Shown here piece by piece: positions 28,532 through 39,099 of a DNA stretch of 64,000 nucleotides. The notes beneath the pieces were generated by a model, which worked only from the letters and a program-made list of their open reading frames with translations, ran no database searches and was not told the DNA's origin. Where the stretch lies: positions 932-64,931 of the forward strand of contig CAKQDL010000003.1 of NCBI GenBank assembly GCA_934229395.1, in the 5' to 3' direction. Made by a program: the position numbers and the translations under genes. This DNA comes from an uncultured Peptococcaceae bacterium (GTDB lineage Bacteria; Bacillota; Peptococcia; Peptococcales; Peptococcaceae). The number at the start of each line of letters is the position of its first letter. Position 1 is the first letter of the stretch.

Positions 28532-29131
28532 TTATAATCCAAGCGCCTCTCGGGCCAGCCTGTCGGCCATATCATTAAATTTATCTCCTGAATGGCCTTT
28601 TACTTTAATAAATCTTATATCTATAAATTTTAATGCGTTTTGACAAAATGCGTGATAGGACTGTGTCGCCTCTAAATTTCTCTTCCATTCACCCAAAGCC
28701 CATTTTTCAATACCGAAATAATCATAGTATATATCAATATGAGGCCAGTTTTCCTTTAGGGCATACGAAATAGCAAATTCACTTGCTTTTATTTCTCCGG
28801 CAACATTTCGTAACGCTACCAATGATGGGCTTTCAAATTTATCGGAAAAGCACTTAATTGTTTCTTCATCTTTCATGATGATCGCACCGTAAGAAAAACG
28901 GCGTGTAGTCGCATCATAACTTCCATCAATGTATGCGCATGGATAGCGTTGAATGATATTGTCCTTTTCAGTAGAAAAAGTTTCGGTAGCTAAATAGGCT
29001 TCGGCTTCTTCTTTTGTCTTAAAACTTTTATATTCAGCGCCTTTATATCCCTTTACCTGCTTTTCACAGCTGCTCCAATCATTAAATAATCCGCATTGTC
29101 GTCCGCTTCTAACAGCATAATATTTTTTCAT
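28532..29131 (-). CDS. rnhA: ribonuclease HI with an N-terminal hybrid-binding (viroplasmin-like) domain
   Basis: N-terminus YYAVRSGRQCGLFNDWSSCEKQVKGYKGAEYKSFKTKEEAEAYL. RNase H acidic residues occur in YIDGS, AGEIKA, YYDY and NDMADRLA. The ATG at 29131 is preferred. Confidence 0.8.
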   Translation of the reverse strand: MKKYYAVRSGRQCGLFNDWSSCEKQVKGYKGAEYKSFKTKEEAEAYLATETFSTEKDNIIQRYPCAYIDGSYDATTRRFSYGAIIMKDEETIKCFSDKFESPSLVALRNVAGEIKASEFAISYALKENWPHIDIYYDYFGIEKWALGEWKRNLEATQSYHAFCQNALKFIDIRFIKVKGHSGDKFNDMADRLAREALGL

Positions 29132-29188
29132 AATTCTTTTAAATATAAAAGGCTTATCACAAGGAAGCAATAAGCCTTTTAGTGGTCC

Positions 29189-29365
29189 TTATTCTGCAGC
29201 AATTGCACTAGCTGGGCAAACACCTGCGCAGCTACCGCAGGAAATGCACATACCAGCATCGATTGCACGAGTACCATCGCCGCTATCAGAGATAGCGCCA
29301 ACTGGACATTCACCTTCGCATGCGCCGCATGCAAGGCAAGCAGAAGCGTCTACTACATATGCCAT
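29189..29365 (-). CDS. fdx: clostridial-type 2x[4Fe-4S] ferredoxin
   Basis: 58 aa with CLACGACEGECP and CISCGSCAGVCP. GAGGTG RBS before the ATG at 29365. Confidence 0.9.
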   Translation of the reverse strand: MAYVVDASACLACGACEGECPVGAISDSGDGTRAIDAGMCISCGSCAGVCPASAIAAE

Positions 29366-29538
29366 ATTTATACACCTCACTCTATTTATTTACTGCTTAT
29401 TATATCAAAGCTTTGAAAAAAAGTAAAATCAATGTAAGCGTCTTATTGTTAAAAATATTATTATATTCAGTAACAAATAGGATGATTGAAGAAAATGTAT
29501 TCACAGAAACCTTTCTGCAAGGGGATTGCAGCATAATA

Positions 29539-30468
29539 TTATTCTTTTGAAAAGAATTTCCTGGCATTTTTGGCATCGTTGGAAATTGTAAGCTTCAGCT
29601 CGTCTAAGTTTTTGAACTTTGATATGTGCCGTAAAAAATGGCTAATTTCTATACACAAGTCTTCTCCATAAATATCTTGATTAAAATCTAATAAATGGAT
29701 TTCAATTGTAATCTTTGAGGAGTCATCGACGGTTGGTCTCGTGCCAATATTCAAAACGCCGTTATAGCTTATATCTGGATGTCGTGTTAACCAAGCTTTC
29801 GCGGCATATACGCCAAATGCTGGGAGCAACAGCGTTGTATCGTAATCGATATTGGCTGTAGGAAAATTCATTTTTCGTCCATTCTGAGCCCCATGAATGA
29901 CTTCCCCGCACAAACGATATTTGTAGCCAAGTAATTCGTTGGCTAATAGTAAATTGCCTGCTTTGATTTGTTTTCTAATAAGCGAACTGCTAACAATGTT
30001 GTTTTCGTATTCAAAGGGCGGCTCTATATGGACAGCAATACCTCGAGGTGCCATTTTTTCCTTTAGCAAAACGGGAGTTCCGCTTGCCTTAAAACCAAAG
30101 GAATAGTTAAACCCAACCACAACACCGCATACACTCAATGTTTCAAGTAGGATTTTTTCTATAAAATCATTGGCTGTTATTTTAGAAAATGTTTCGTCGC
30201 AAGCAAGGGTAATGACTTCATCAGCCCCTAATGTTTCCAGTACAGTATATTTTTCATTTTGTGGCAGAAGATATTTAAAATCCGGGTTTTGAATGGATTG
30301 CCATTGAGGATGAAAGGTTAGTACTGTAAGCTTTGCATTTAATTCATTTGCCAAAACTCTTGCGTTGGCAATAAGCTGCCTATGTCCCTTATGCAATCCG
30401 TCAAAATTACCTAGAACAACGACTCTTCTATCAGGAATAATTTTATCTATGCTAGTATATACAATCAA
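29539..30468 (-). CDS. ribF: bifunctional riboflavin kinase / FAD synthetase
   Basis: GNFDGLHKGH, PTANI and ERLRHISKF-like motifs. 309 aa. Confidence 0.92.
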   Translation of the reverse strand: MIVYTSIDKIIPDRRVVVLGNFDGLHKGHRQLIANARVLANELNAKLTVLTFHPQWQSIQNPDFKYLLPQNEKYTVLETLGADEVITLACDETFSKITANDFIEKILLETLSVCGVVVGFNYSFGFKASGTPVLLKEKMAPRGIAVHIEPPFEYENNIVSSSLIRKQIKAGNLLLANELLGYKYRLCGEVIHGAQNGRKMNFPTANIDYDTTLLLPAFGVYAAKAWLTRHPDISYNGVLNIGTRPTVDDSSKITIEIHLLDFNQDIYGEDLCIEISHFLRHISKFKNLDELKLTISNDAKNARKFFSKE

Positions 30469-30480
30469 TTGCTATACCTC

Positions 30481-31371
30481 TCAAATATGAAATACTTTTT
30501 TGGGTACAAAATAGCCATTATCAATGCGTCCTACAGAAACCAGTTCGCCTTGATATGTTGCTTGGGCAAAATCATCGTGGATTACTAAATCAGTATTTTC
30601 ATAGTTGCTTAGTTTAATGGCTTTGCCATTAAAGAGATCTTTTATATCTGCATCACTCTCAATGACAATCTTAGGAAAAGCCAAAGCATCACTAGATGGC
30701 GTTAGAAGGTCGTAAGGACTTTCTGAGTTTCTTAGTTCGTCAATACTGATGCAATCCTCAAGCGCAAACTTGCCTTCTTTTGTGCGTGTGAGATCAGACA
30801 TACATCCACAGCTGCCACATTTTCTGGCAATATCTTGGCACAACGTACGAATGTAGGTCCCTTTTGAGCAGCACACATCGATGGTTGCCTCATTGCTTGC
30901 ATATGAAATACATTTCAGGCTAAAAATCTCGATATCACGCGCAGGTATCTCACCAATATCAATACCTTCACGAGCATACTTATATAACGGTTTACCGTTT
31001 TTCTTAATAGCAGAATACATTGGAGGCGTTTGTTTTTGCGGCCCTAGGAATGTCCCTAATATGGATTCAAACTCTTCTTTTTCTAGTTTTGGCAAATCAC
31101 AATTAGAAACGACTTCACCAGAAATATCCTGGGTATCTGTTTCTTGTCCGAAACGAATCACTGCGCGATAGCTTTTGTTGTCGTATACAAGATATTCGTT
31201 TAATCTCGTAGCATGATTGACGGATAACACCATAACGCCTGTGGCATCTGGGTCGAGTGTCCCATTGTGGCCAACTTTTTTTGTATGAAATGTTCTGCGT
31301 GTAATATTAACAAGATCGTGAGAAGTCATATCTTTTGGTTTATTAATAAGTAAAATACCGCTATTTGACAT
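30481..31371 (-). CDS. truB: tRNA pseudouridine(55) synthase
   Basis: GILLINKPKDMTSHD, GHNGTLDPDATGV and a C-terminal PUA domain. The ATG at 31371 is preferred. Confidence 0.92.
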   Translation of the reverse strand: MSNSGILLINKPKDMTSHDLVNITRRTFHTKKVGHNGTLDPDATGVMVLSVNHATRLNEYLVYDNKSYRAVIRFGQETDTQDISGEVVSNCDLPKLEKEEFESILGTFLGPQKQTPPMYSAIKKNGKPLYKYAREGIDIGEIPARDIEIFSLKCISYASNEATIDVCCSKGTYIRTLCQDIARKCGSCGCMSDLTRTKEGKFALEDCISIDELRNSESPYDLLTPSSDALAFPKIVIESDADIKDLFNGKAIKLSNYENTDLVIHDDFAQATYQGELVSVGRIDNGYFVPKKVFHI

Positions 31372-32335
31372 CGATATATTCCTCCCAATTGCAGTTGATT
31401 TCATTTAATACTTTTTCTGTTGCAGATTGTAAATTGTCTGTTATGGTCGCGCCTGATGCACGAACGTGGCCACCGCCACCGAAGCCGGCGCAAAACTTGT
31501 TTGCATCAAAATAATCTTTTGTACGCAAGCTGATTTTGCATTGGCCTTTCTTTAGTTCGGTAAATAGAATTGCTAATTCCACACCAGCAATTTGCTTAAT
31601 GAGCGAAACAACACCATCTAAATCTGCAGAGGTTGCCTTCATATCTTGGAGCAGTTCATATGAGAAAACAGCATATGCAACCTTATCCTCACGCATAAAA
31701 CGAATGTTTGAGTAAAGGTAACCGTAGATATTCATTTGTTTGCGGCTTGTGTTTTCGAAAACGTTTGCTTGAACCAAGCTTTTATCAGCTTCTGAAGCCA
31801 GTAAAAATGCAGCAAGTTCAAAGGTTTCTTGCGTTGCATTCGGATACATAAAAGAGCCTGTGTCAGTACTTATACCTGTGTACAAACTGGTTGCGGTCTC
31901 TTTTGTTATAGCCATTTGTGCATGTTGTGCCATACGCGTAAGCACTTCGCACGTTGAGGATGCTTCACCGTCAACAATATTAATGACACCAAAGTTTGTA
32001 TTACTAATGTGATGATCAATATTGATCCACTCTTTTTGTTTAAAGGCTTCTGGCAGTTCGCCAATTCGCTCAAAAGAAGCGCAGTCTACTGCGATGCAGA
32101 CATCAGGCACTGCTGAAAAGCTATCTGCTTTCGTTATATTCTCGAAGCGATACAAAAAACTTAAATTTTCAGGTAAAATTTCTTGATTATACATATCAAC
32201 ACAAAGCCCTGCGGAGATTAGAATCTCTGCAAGGCCAGTTTGCGCACCCAAACAATCGCCATCACCTCTCATATGAGAGAAGATGGCTATTCTTGAATAA
32301 TTATTAGCTTTAATAAAATCCAAAATTCTTTGCAC
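31361..32335 (-). CDS. nrnA: DHH/DHHA1 phosphoesterase (NrnA-type oligoribonuclease / pAp phosphatase)
   Basis: HMRGDGDCLG, DHH (NIDHH) and GGGGH motifs. Conserved rbfA-nrnA-truB synteny. Confidence 0.82.
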   Translation of the reverse strand: MQRILDFIKANNYSRIAIFSHMRGDGDCLGAQTGLAEILISAGLCVDMYNQEILPENLSFLYRFENITKADSFSAVPDVCIAVDCASFERIGELPEAFKQKEWINIDHHISNTNFGVINIVDGEASSTCEVLTRMAQHAQMAITKETATSLYTGISTDTGSFMYPNATQETFELAAFLLASEADKSLVQANVFENTSRKQMNIYGYLYSNIRFMREDKVAYAVFSYELLQDMKATSADLDGVVSLIKQIAGVELAILFTELKKGQCKISLRTKDYFDANKFCAGFGGGGHVRASGATITDNLQSATEKVLNEINCNWEEYIDVK

Positions 32336-32338
32336 AGT

Positions 32339-32683
32339 TTAATCCTCGAGTTCGCCAAGAATCTTTTCTATCTTTGCTCCGTATTCTAAGGAGTCATCAA
32401 GATAAAAACGAAGTTCCGGTACTTTTCTTATCTTTAAACGTTGGCTTAGAGCTGAACGGATAAAACCGTTTGTTTTTTCCAATGCTTCAAGGAGTTTTTC
32501 ACGGTCGCTTGTAGAACCTAATTTGCTGACGTAAACTCTAGCAAATGACAAATCATTGGAAACCTCTACATCGGTTACGCTTACCATGGAGTCGATATGT
32601 GGATTTCTGATTTCACTAGCGAAAATCTCTGTTAAGTCTCGTTTGATTTCACCAGCTAAACGATAATTTCTCTTAGACATCAT
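32339..32683 (-). CDS. rbfA: 30S ribosome-binding factor A
   Basis: RLAGEIKRDLTEI, VTDVEVSNDLSFARVYV and PELRF motifs. The ATG at 32683 follows infB's stop. Confidence 0.92.
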   Translation of the reverse strand: MMSKRNYRLAGEIKRDLTEIFASEIRNPHIDSMVSVTDVEVSNDLSFARVYVSKLGSTSDREKLLEALEKTNGFIRSALSQRLKIRKVPELRFYLDDSLEYGAKIEKILGELED

Positions 32684-32690
32684 GCACCTC

Positions 32691-34970
32691 TTAAAGATTT
32701 CTCTTAATTTCTTCAAGGATATAAGCTTCAAAAATGTCGCCTTCCTTGAAGTCGTTAAATCTTTCTAAGCTGATACCGCATTCATAACCACTGGCAACTT
32801 CTTTGACGTCATCTTTGAAGCGCTTTAGTGCAGCAATTTCGCCATCGTGAATAACAATACCATCACGAATCACACGAATTTTACTATGACGGGTAATTTT
32901 ACCGTCTGTTACATAAGAGCCAGCAATATTCCCTACTTTAGGAACTTTAATAATACTACGGATTTCTGCTTGACCTTGTTCAACCTCTTTAATTTCCGGA
33001 GCAAGCAAACCGCTCATTGCTGCTTTTACGTCGTCAATGGCTTCATAGATGATGCTATATGTTTTAACATCGACCTGTTCTTTTTCCGCTGCTTTCTTAG
33101 CATTGGCATCTGGACGTACATTGAAACCAATAATAATTGCATTGGACGCAGAAGCCAAGGTGATGTCGGTTTCACGGATACCGCCAACGGCTGTGCGGAT
33201 GATATTTACGCGCACTTCATCGGTGCTGAGTTTTTCAAGAGATTGTTTGATGGCTTCGATAGAACCTTGGGTATCAGCCTTTAGTACAATGTTAAGTTCT
33301 TGAACGTTACCTTCTTGGATTTGACTAAACAAGTCTTCCAAAGAAACCTTGCCGCCACGAGAAATTTCTGCGAAATGTTTTTCTTGTGAACGTTGTTCCG
33401 CAACTTGTTTTGCAAGACGTTCGTCCTTAACAACAACAAAGTCGTCCCCAGCTACAGGGACCTCGTTGAGACCTAGGATTTCAACAGGAACAGATGGTGC
33501 TGCAGAATTGATTGGCTTGCCATGATAGTCAAACATTGCACGAATGCGACCTTGTGTAGCACCAACAATTAAGAAATCGCCGTTGCGAAGGGTGCCGTTT
33601 TGTACCAGTAAGGTCGCTGTTGCACCGCGACTCTTATCGAGCTTAGATTCCACAACTTTACCACGTGCGCTTCTCTTTGGATTTGCTTTTAAATCTTCCA
33701 TTTCTGCCACAAGAAGAATCATTTCAAGCAAATCGTTAATACCGATGTTTTTCTTGGCGGAAACAGGAACCATAATTGTTTCGCCGCCCCACTCTTCGGA
33801 AATAAGGCCGTATTGGCTTAATTCGGTTTTTACATTATCAGGATTTGCATCTGGTTTATCGATTTTATTGATTGCTACAATAATCGGCACATTCGCCGCT
33901 TTTGCGTGGTCAATTGCTTCGATGGTTTGTGGCATAACACCGTCATCAGCCGCAACAACCAAAATTGCAATGTCGGTTACCTGAGCACCACGTGCACGCA
34001 TGGCGGTAAACGCTTCGTGACCAGGCGTATCCAAGAAAGTAATCTTCTCGCCATTAATACGAACCTGATATGCACCAATGTGTTGGGTAATGCCGCCGGC
34101 TTCAGATGAAGTAACGTTAGAGTTTCTGATTTGGTCAAGCAAAGATGTTTTACCGTGGTCAACGTGACCCATAATGGTAACAACTGGAGGGCGCTTAACC
34201 ATATCTTCTGGGCGATCTTCTTCTTCGTGTTCGCTCAAAAGATTTTCTTCACTTGTGGCTTTTTGTTCGATGGTTGCACCATATTCTTCAACAACAATTG
34301 TTGCGGTTTCAAAATCAAGCTCTTGGTTCATGGTAGCCATCATACCTAAGCTCATAAGTTTCATGATAACTTCAGAAGCTTTTTTCCCGAGCTGTTTTGC
34401 CAAATCTTGTACGGTAATAGCATGCTCCATAACAACGTGATGTTGTACTTCAGCAAATTCATGTACTTCTTTTGGCGCTGCTTGATTCTTTTTGTTCTTT
34501 CTGTTTTTATTTCCTTTATTATTGAAGCCCTTTTTGTCACGTGATTTCTTGAAAGAATTGCCGTATTCTTCATTATTATTTTGATAGGAAGACTTGGATT
34601 TTTTTTTCTGATTTTTATTTTGATCAGTTTTGGTAGTTGCTTGCCCTTTGTTTTCAGGGCGTTTGCTTTGTTGCTTTTGTGAATTTTGAGGCTGCACTTT
34701 TTTATCGCCATCATTTTTTTGTTGTGCCTTATGTGCTGTTGCTGGCTTGTTATTTGAGGCGTTATTTTTTTGTTCAGGAGCAGCCTTTTTTTGTGGTTGT
34801 TCCATAGGCGTATTTTCCTTAAAGTTTTTTCTTATCTTTTCTGCATCGGATTCATCAATTGAACTCATATGATTGGATACATTGATGCCGAGCTTGTTAG
34901 ATTCTTTTACAACTGTTTTGGAGTCTTGGTGTAATTCCTTTGCTAATTCGTAGATTCTGATTTTTCCCAT
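32691..34970 (-). CDS. infB: translation initiation factor IF-2
   Basis: N-terminus [13 protein letters not shown], a K/N/Q-rich linker, and G domain [17 protein letters not shown] and NKID. GGAGGT RBS before the ATG at 34970. Confidence 0.96.
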   Translation of the reverse strand: MGKIRIYELAKELHQDSKTVVKESNKLGINVSNHMSSIDESDAEKIRKNFKENTPMEQPQKKAAPEQKNNASNNKPATAHKAQQKNDGDKKVQPQNSQKQQSKRPENKGQATTKTDQNKNQKKKSKSSYQNNNEEYGNSFKKSRDKKGFNNKGNKNRKNKKNQAAPKEVHEFAEVQHHVVMEHAITVQDLAKQLGKKASEVIMKLMSLGMMATMNQELDFETATIVVEEYGATIEQKATSEENLLSEHEEEDRPEDMVKRPPVVTIMGHVDHGKTSLLDQIRNSNVTSSEAGGITQHIGAYQVRINGEKITFLDTPGHEAFTAMRARGAQVTDIAILVVAADDGVMPQTIEAIDHAKAANVPIIVAINKIDKPDANPDNVKTELSQYGLISEEWGGETIMVPVSAKKNIGINDLLEMILLVAEMEDLKANPKRSARGKVVESKLDKSRGATATLLVQNGTLRNGDFLIVGATQGRIRAMFDYHGKPINSAAPSVPVEILGLNEVPVAGDDFVVVKDERLAKQVAEQRSQEKHFAEISRGGKVSLEDLFSQIQEGNVQELNIVLKADTQGSIEAIKQSLEKLSTDEVRVNIIRTAVGGIRETDITLASASNAIIIGFNVRPDANAKKAAEKEQVDVKTYSIIYEAIDDVKAAMSGLLAPEIKEVEQGQAEIRSIIKVPKVGNIAGSYVTDGKITRHSKIRVIRDGIVIHDGEIAALKRFKDDVKEVASGYECGISLERFNDFKEGDIFEAYILEEIKRNL

Positions 34971-35284
34971 AGAGTACCTCCATAACACGAGAGTATTGCT
35001 TGGGCAAGTTTTTCATCTGTTAGTGCAATAATCGTTTTATAAGAAGAGCCAATAGCTCTCCCTAGTTCCTCTTGGCTGCCCATAATGATATACGGAACAT
35101 TGAATTGCTTTGCACGTTCTTCCCATCTTTTTATAGATTTAGGTTGTGCATTTTGGGCAATAACCAAAAGATGAACACTGTTTTTCTTCAAATGAGCCAA
35201 AGCGGCTTGTTCTCCTGCTTTAGCAGTTTTAGACTTTGCCGCAAAACCTAAGTAGGTATAGATTTTATTGGTTACGTTAGTCAT
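34943..35284 (-). CDS. ylxQ: L7Ae-family RNA-binding protein YlxQ
   Basis: ~113 aa between ylxR and infB. LLVIAQNA and ELGRAIG motifs. Confidence 0.75.
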   Translation of the reverse strand: MTNVTNKIYTYLGFAAKSKTAKAGEQAALAHLKKNSVHLLVIAQNAQPKSIKRWEERAKQFNVPYIIMGSQEELGRAIGSSYKTIIALTDEKLAQAILSCYGGTLWEKSESTN

Positions 35285-35540
35285 TTTTACAATGCTCCAT
35301 TGCCTGCAAATATATCTCGTTTTCTATTTCTGATTTAAGTGATGCTTCTAGTCTTTTTGTTTTTTGTGCTTTTTGAATACATTCAACATTTGCGCAAATA
35401 TACGCGCCTCTCCCCGGTTTTTTTCCGGTTAGATCCAGTTCTATAGTACCGTTCGGCATTCTAACAATACGAAGTAGATCTTTTTTGTCGCGTTTCTCTC
35501 TGCAAATGGCGCATGAACGAAGTACAGGTTTCTTAGGCAT
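35277..35540 (-). CDS. ylxR: YlxR/RnpM family RNA-binding protein (DUF448)
   Basis: RSCAICREKRDKKDLLRIV and GRGAYIC motifs. Sits downstream of nusA. The ATG at 35540 is preferred. Confidence 0.85.
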   Translation of the reverse strand: MPKKPVLRSCAICREKRDKKDLLRIVRMPNGTIELDLTGKKPGRGAYICANVECIQKAQKTKRLEASLKSEIENEIYLQAMEHCKND

Positions 35541-36636
35541 TGCTACCACCGCGGCAGTCTTCTTCATTGCAGAAAATATAATTATATTCAATGCCCTGCT
35601 CGTCAGCTTGGGTCTGATTTTTAATATCGATTTTCCAGTTGGTCAATTTTGCTGCTAAACGTGCATTTTGCCCTTCCTTACCGATAGCTAGGGAAAGCTG
35701 ATCATCAGGAACAACAACCACTGCCTTTTTATTTTCTTCGTCAACCAAGACATCAATAACAACAGAAGGACTAAGTGCTTCTGCAATATAAATGTCTGGC
35801 GCTTCGTCCCAGTTGATAATATCAATTTTTTCGCCGCATAATTCATCAACGATGGCCTTTACACGTGAGCCATTTGGGCCGACGCATGCCCCAACTGCAT
35901 CTATTTCATCATTGATGGATTGTACTGCAATTTTAGAACGCATACCGGCTTCACGTGCGACAGATTTTACCACAACATATCCATCTTTGATTTCCGGTAC
36001 TTCCAATTCGAACAAACGCGCTAAAAGTTTTGGGTTGGTTCTAGAAATAACGATTTGTGGTCCCTTTTGAGATTTCTTTACTTCCACAATACATGCCTTG
36101 ATACGTTTATTGACATAATACTCTTCACCTGGAATTTGCTCACTTGGTGTAAGAATAGCTTCTGCTTTATTTAGTTTCATATAGCAAGCGCCTGCGTCAA
36201 TTCTTTCAATTGCTCCACTGATGATTTCTGATTCTTTACTGGTAAATTCATTGTAAATGATACCACGTTCAGCTTCTCTAATACGTTGTACAACAACTTG
36301 CTTAGCGGTTTGAGCGGCAATGCGGCCGAAATTTTTAGGATACTCGGGCACTTCAATCAAATCGCCTAATTCAACATTAAATTTAATCGTTTTAGCTTCT
36401 TCTAAAGAAACTTCAGTTTGTGGAGTATGTACGTCTTCTACAACTTCCTTTGTTGCAAAGACTTCAATTTCGCCATCATCCGGACTCATGCGAACGCGAA
36501 CGTTCATCAAAGAACCGTAATTCTTTTTATATGCGGAAATGAGTGCAGTTTCAATGACTTCTAAAATAACATTAGCATCGATACCCTTTTCTTTTTCGAG
36601 CTGTTTTAATGCTAAAATAAACTCTCTATTCATCAT
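35533..36636 (-). CDS. nusA: transcription termination/antitermination factor NusA
   Basis: N-terminal domain, S1 and two KH domains (GACVGPNGSRV, AIGKEGQNARLA). Confidence 0.95.
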   Translation of the reverse strand: MMNREFILALKQLEKEKGIDANVILEVIETALISAYKKNYGSLMNVRVRMSPDDGEIEVFATKEVVEDVHTPQTEVSLEEAKTIKFNVELGDLIEVPEYPKNFGRIAAQTAKQVVVQRIREAERGIIYNEFTSKESEIISGAIERIDAGACYMKLNKAEAILTPSEQIPGEEYYVNKRIKACIVEVKKSQKGPQIVISRTNPKLLARLFELEVPEIKDGYVVVKSVAREAGMRSKIAVQSINDEIDAVGACVGPNGSRVKAIVDELCGEKIDIINWDEAPDIYIAEALSPSVVIDVLVDEENKKAVVVVPDDQLSLAIGKEGQNARLAAKLTNWKIDIKNQTQADEQGIEYNYIFCNEEDCRGGSNA

Positions 36637-36646
36637 TCACCTCTGG

Positions 36647-37117
36647 TTAAAAATCGCAAAATAATTGCGCCTTAGAAATATCTTTATATGTCAAGCTGAT
36701 TATTTCATTATCTAGCTCAATGTCAACACCTTCATCGTTTGCTGCTTTTAAAACAACAATGTGTTCTTTTTGTTGTTTGATTGCTTTATAAAGACGAATG
36801 CGGATTTTTTCGCCTACATAACGCGCAAAATGCTCAGGCGTATGCAATTCTCTTTCAATGCCTGGGGAAGATACTTCTAGAATGTATGCGTCCTTTAGAG
36901 GAAAATTGCTGTCATTATCAAACGCATCTCCACAGGCTCTGCTTACAACTTCACAAGCGTCAATATCAAGAATCGCAGAAGCATCCAAAGGTTCTATGAA
37001 AAGTCTCACATAGATATCCTTATGATTTTTTGTGTACTCGATATAATACGGGCTGTAACCTAAGTCTTTCATCAATCCTGAATAGTTATCTGAAATATAT
37101 TTTTCAACACCGTTCAT
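36647..37117 (-). CDS. rimP: ribosome maturation factor RimP
   Basis: 156 aa. LEVSSPGIEREL motif. Upstream of nusA. Confidence 0.92.
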   Translation of the reverse strand: MNGVEKYISDNYSGLMKDLGYSPYYIEYTKNHKDIYVRLFIEPLDASAILDIDACEVVSRACGDAFDNDSNFPLKDAYILEVSSPGIERELHTPEHFARYVGEKIRIRLYKAIKQQKEHIVVLKAANDEGVDIELDNEIISLTYKDISKAQLFCDF

Positions 37118-37143
37118 ATCTTCACCACCTTTCTAATAAACAC

Positions 37144-37169
37144 GAAAGAGTGGGGGTCCCCACTCTTTC
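37144..37169 (-). terminator. GC-rich perfect hairpin downstream of acpP (probable terminator)
   Basis: GAAAGAGTGGGG / CCCCACTCTTTC palindrome, followed on the minus strand by a T-rich GTGTTTATT. Confidence 0.5.
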
Positions 37170-37210
37170 TGACAAAAATATGATATCACAAAAAGGAATA
37201 AAATACAAAT

Positions 37211-37438
37211 TTAGTTCAGCTGCATATCAATATAGCTTGCTAAATCACCGAGGGTCTTAAACGATTCAACAGCTTCGTCTGGAAGTGTTATAGAAAACTT
37301 GCTTTCGAGAGCCATAATAACTTCCACAACATCTAATGAATCCGCTTCTACATCATAAAAAGTAGTTGCTTCAGTGATGCTATCGCTAGAGATATTCATT
37401 TGTGCTGCAACAATATTTTTAACATCTTCAAGTACCAT
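37211..37438 (-). CDS. acpP: acyl carrier protein
   Basis: 75 aa with DVEADSLDVVEVIMALE (phosphopantetheine Ser in DSLD). The ATG at 37438 is 1 nt after the plsX stop, with a GGAGGT RBS inside the plsX 3' end. Confidence 0.85.
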   Translation of the reverse strand: MVLEDVKNIVAAQMNISSDSITEATTFYDVEADSLDVVEVIMALESKFSITLPDEAVESFKTLGDLASYIDMQLN

Positions 37439-37439
37439 G

Positions 37440-38435
37440 TTATACCTCCGAAATTCCATTTCTAATTTTTTCTACCAATTGTTCTTCTACGCAGTTTACC
37501 GCAAGCTTTATACCATTGGCAAAAGCAATAGCATTGCTATTACCATGGCATACTATACTAATACCGTTCAAACCAAGCAGAGGAGATCCACCAACAGATG
37601 CTGGATTATAGGTCATCATAATATTCTTTAGCGCTGGTTTTAAAAGTAAGGCACCAATTTTATAGCGCAAAGAGCTCGCCATTTCCTTTTTTAAAATGGA
37701 AAATAAACCTTTTGCTGTACCCTCGCAGGATTTTAATAGTACATTGCCTGTGAATCCATCACATACAAGAACATCAACATCCGAAGTCATAACACTGCTG
37801 CCTTCGATATTGCCTGCAAAAGGAAATTTATCATTAACACGCAATACCTGGTATGCTTCTTGCGTAAGCGGAGTGCCCTTTGTTTCTTCTGTACCATTGT
37901 TGACCAAGGCTACTTTAATATTGGCTTTTCCTTTTTTTAATACCTTAGCAAAATAATAGCCCATTATTGCAAACTGTTCAAGGTTTTTAACATCAACTTC
38001 TGTATTGGCGCCAGCATCTGCAAGTATTTTAATGCCTGATGGTGTAGGCAAGGTTGCTGCTATAACTGGACGTTTTACACCGCGAAGTCTACCAATTTCA
38101 AATAATCCCGCAACCAATTGAGCACCGGTACTCCCGGCCGAAACAACAGCATCCGCTTTTCCTTCTTTTACAAGCTTGGATGCAAGGCAGATGGATGCAT
38201 TTCTTTTTTGTCGATATGCTTGCGCTGGATGCTCGTCCATGCCAATAATTTCTGTGGTGTGAATAATTTCGGTACGATCTAATAAGTCAGGCTCAATGAG
38301 ATTTTTGATTTTGTCTTGATCACCCACAAAAATCATTTTTTCTATTGAGGATTTTTCTCTAAGCGCGGCACAAGCGCCCTTCATAATTTCTTCTGGTGCG
38401 TTGTCGCCGCCCATTGCATCTATTGCTATTTTCAT
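37440..38435 (-). CDS. plsX: phosphate acyltransferase PlsX
   Basis: IAIDAMGGDNAP, SAGSTGA and HGNS motifs. Confidence 0.93.
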   Translation of the reverse strand: MKIAIDAMGGDNAPEEIMKGACAALREKSSIEKMIFVGDQDKIKNLIEPDLLDRTEIIHTTEIIGMDEHPAQAYRQKRNASICLASKLVKEGKADAVVSAGSTGAQLVAGLFEIGRLRGVKRPVIAATLPTPSGIKILADAGANTEVDVKNLEQFAIMGYYFAKVLKKGKANIKVALVNNGTEETKGTPLTQEAYQVLRVNDKFPFAGNIEGSSVMTSDVDVLVCDGFTGNVLLKSCEGTAKGLFSILKKEMASSLRYKIGALLLKPALKNIMMTYNPASVGGSPLLGLNGISIVCHGNSNAIAFANGIKLAVNCVEEQLVEKIRNGISEV

Positions 38436-38436
38436 T

Positions 38437-39099
38437 TTACGCCTCTTCTATTGCTGCTTTAAGATTTGCTATTGCTTCTTTTCGATCCGGCTTACCAAAA
38501 ACGGCACTACCTGCAACGATTACATTTGCACCACTATCAACAACAGTCTTTATTGTTTTTGTATTAATACCACCATCCACTTGGATATGACATTTTAGAT
38601 GATTTTCATCTATGTATTTTTTTAAGGCGCTTATTTTGTCGGTAATATCGATAAAACTTTGACCACCGAAACCTGGATTTACACTCATCAAAAGCACCAT
38701 ATCAACACTTTTCACATATGGAAGAACAGTATCCAACGGGGTAGCAGGATTAATCGCTAGGCCAACTTGACAGCCCTCATCGCGAATGGCTTGAATTGTA
38801 TCATCAATTTTTTCAGTTGCTTCAATATGGAATGTAATCATATTAGAGCCGGCCTGAGCGAATTCTTTTACATAACGAATCGGCTCCATAATCATTAGGT
38901 GCGTATCGAAGAAAATATCTGAATGCGGACGCATTGCTTTAATTACTGGTGGTCCGAAGGTTATATTAGGCACAAAAGCACCATCCATAACATCCAAATG
39001 GAGCCATTGCGCACCAGAAGTTTCTATATCCTTTAATTCATCGGCAATTCGTGAAAAATCAGCCGATAAAAAGGATGGTGAAAAAATAATGGAAGACAT
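38437..39099 (-). CDS. rpe: ribulose-phosphate 3-epimerase
   Basis: PSFLSADF, HLDVMDG, VNPGFGGQ and VDGG motifs. Confidence 0.94.
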   Translation of the reverse strand: MSSIIFSPSFLSADFSRIADELKDIETSGAQWLHLDVMDGAFVPNITFGPPVIKAMRPHSDIFFDTHLMIMEPIRYVKEFAQAGSNMITFHIEATEKIDDTIQAIRDEGCQVGLAINPATPLDTVLPYVKSVDMVLLMSVNPGFGGQSFIDITDKISALKKYIDENHLKCHIQVDGGINTKTIKTVVDSGANVIVAGSAVFGKPDRKEAIANLKAAIEEA

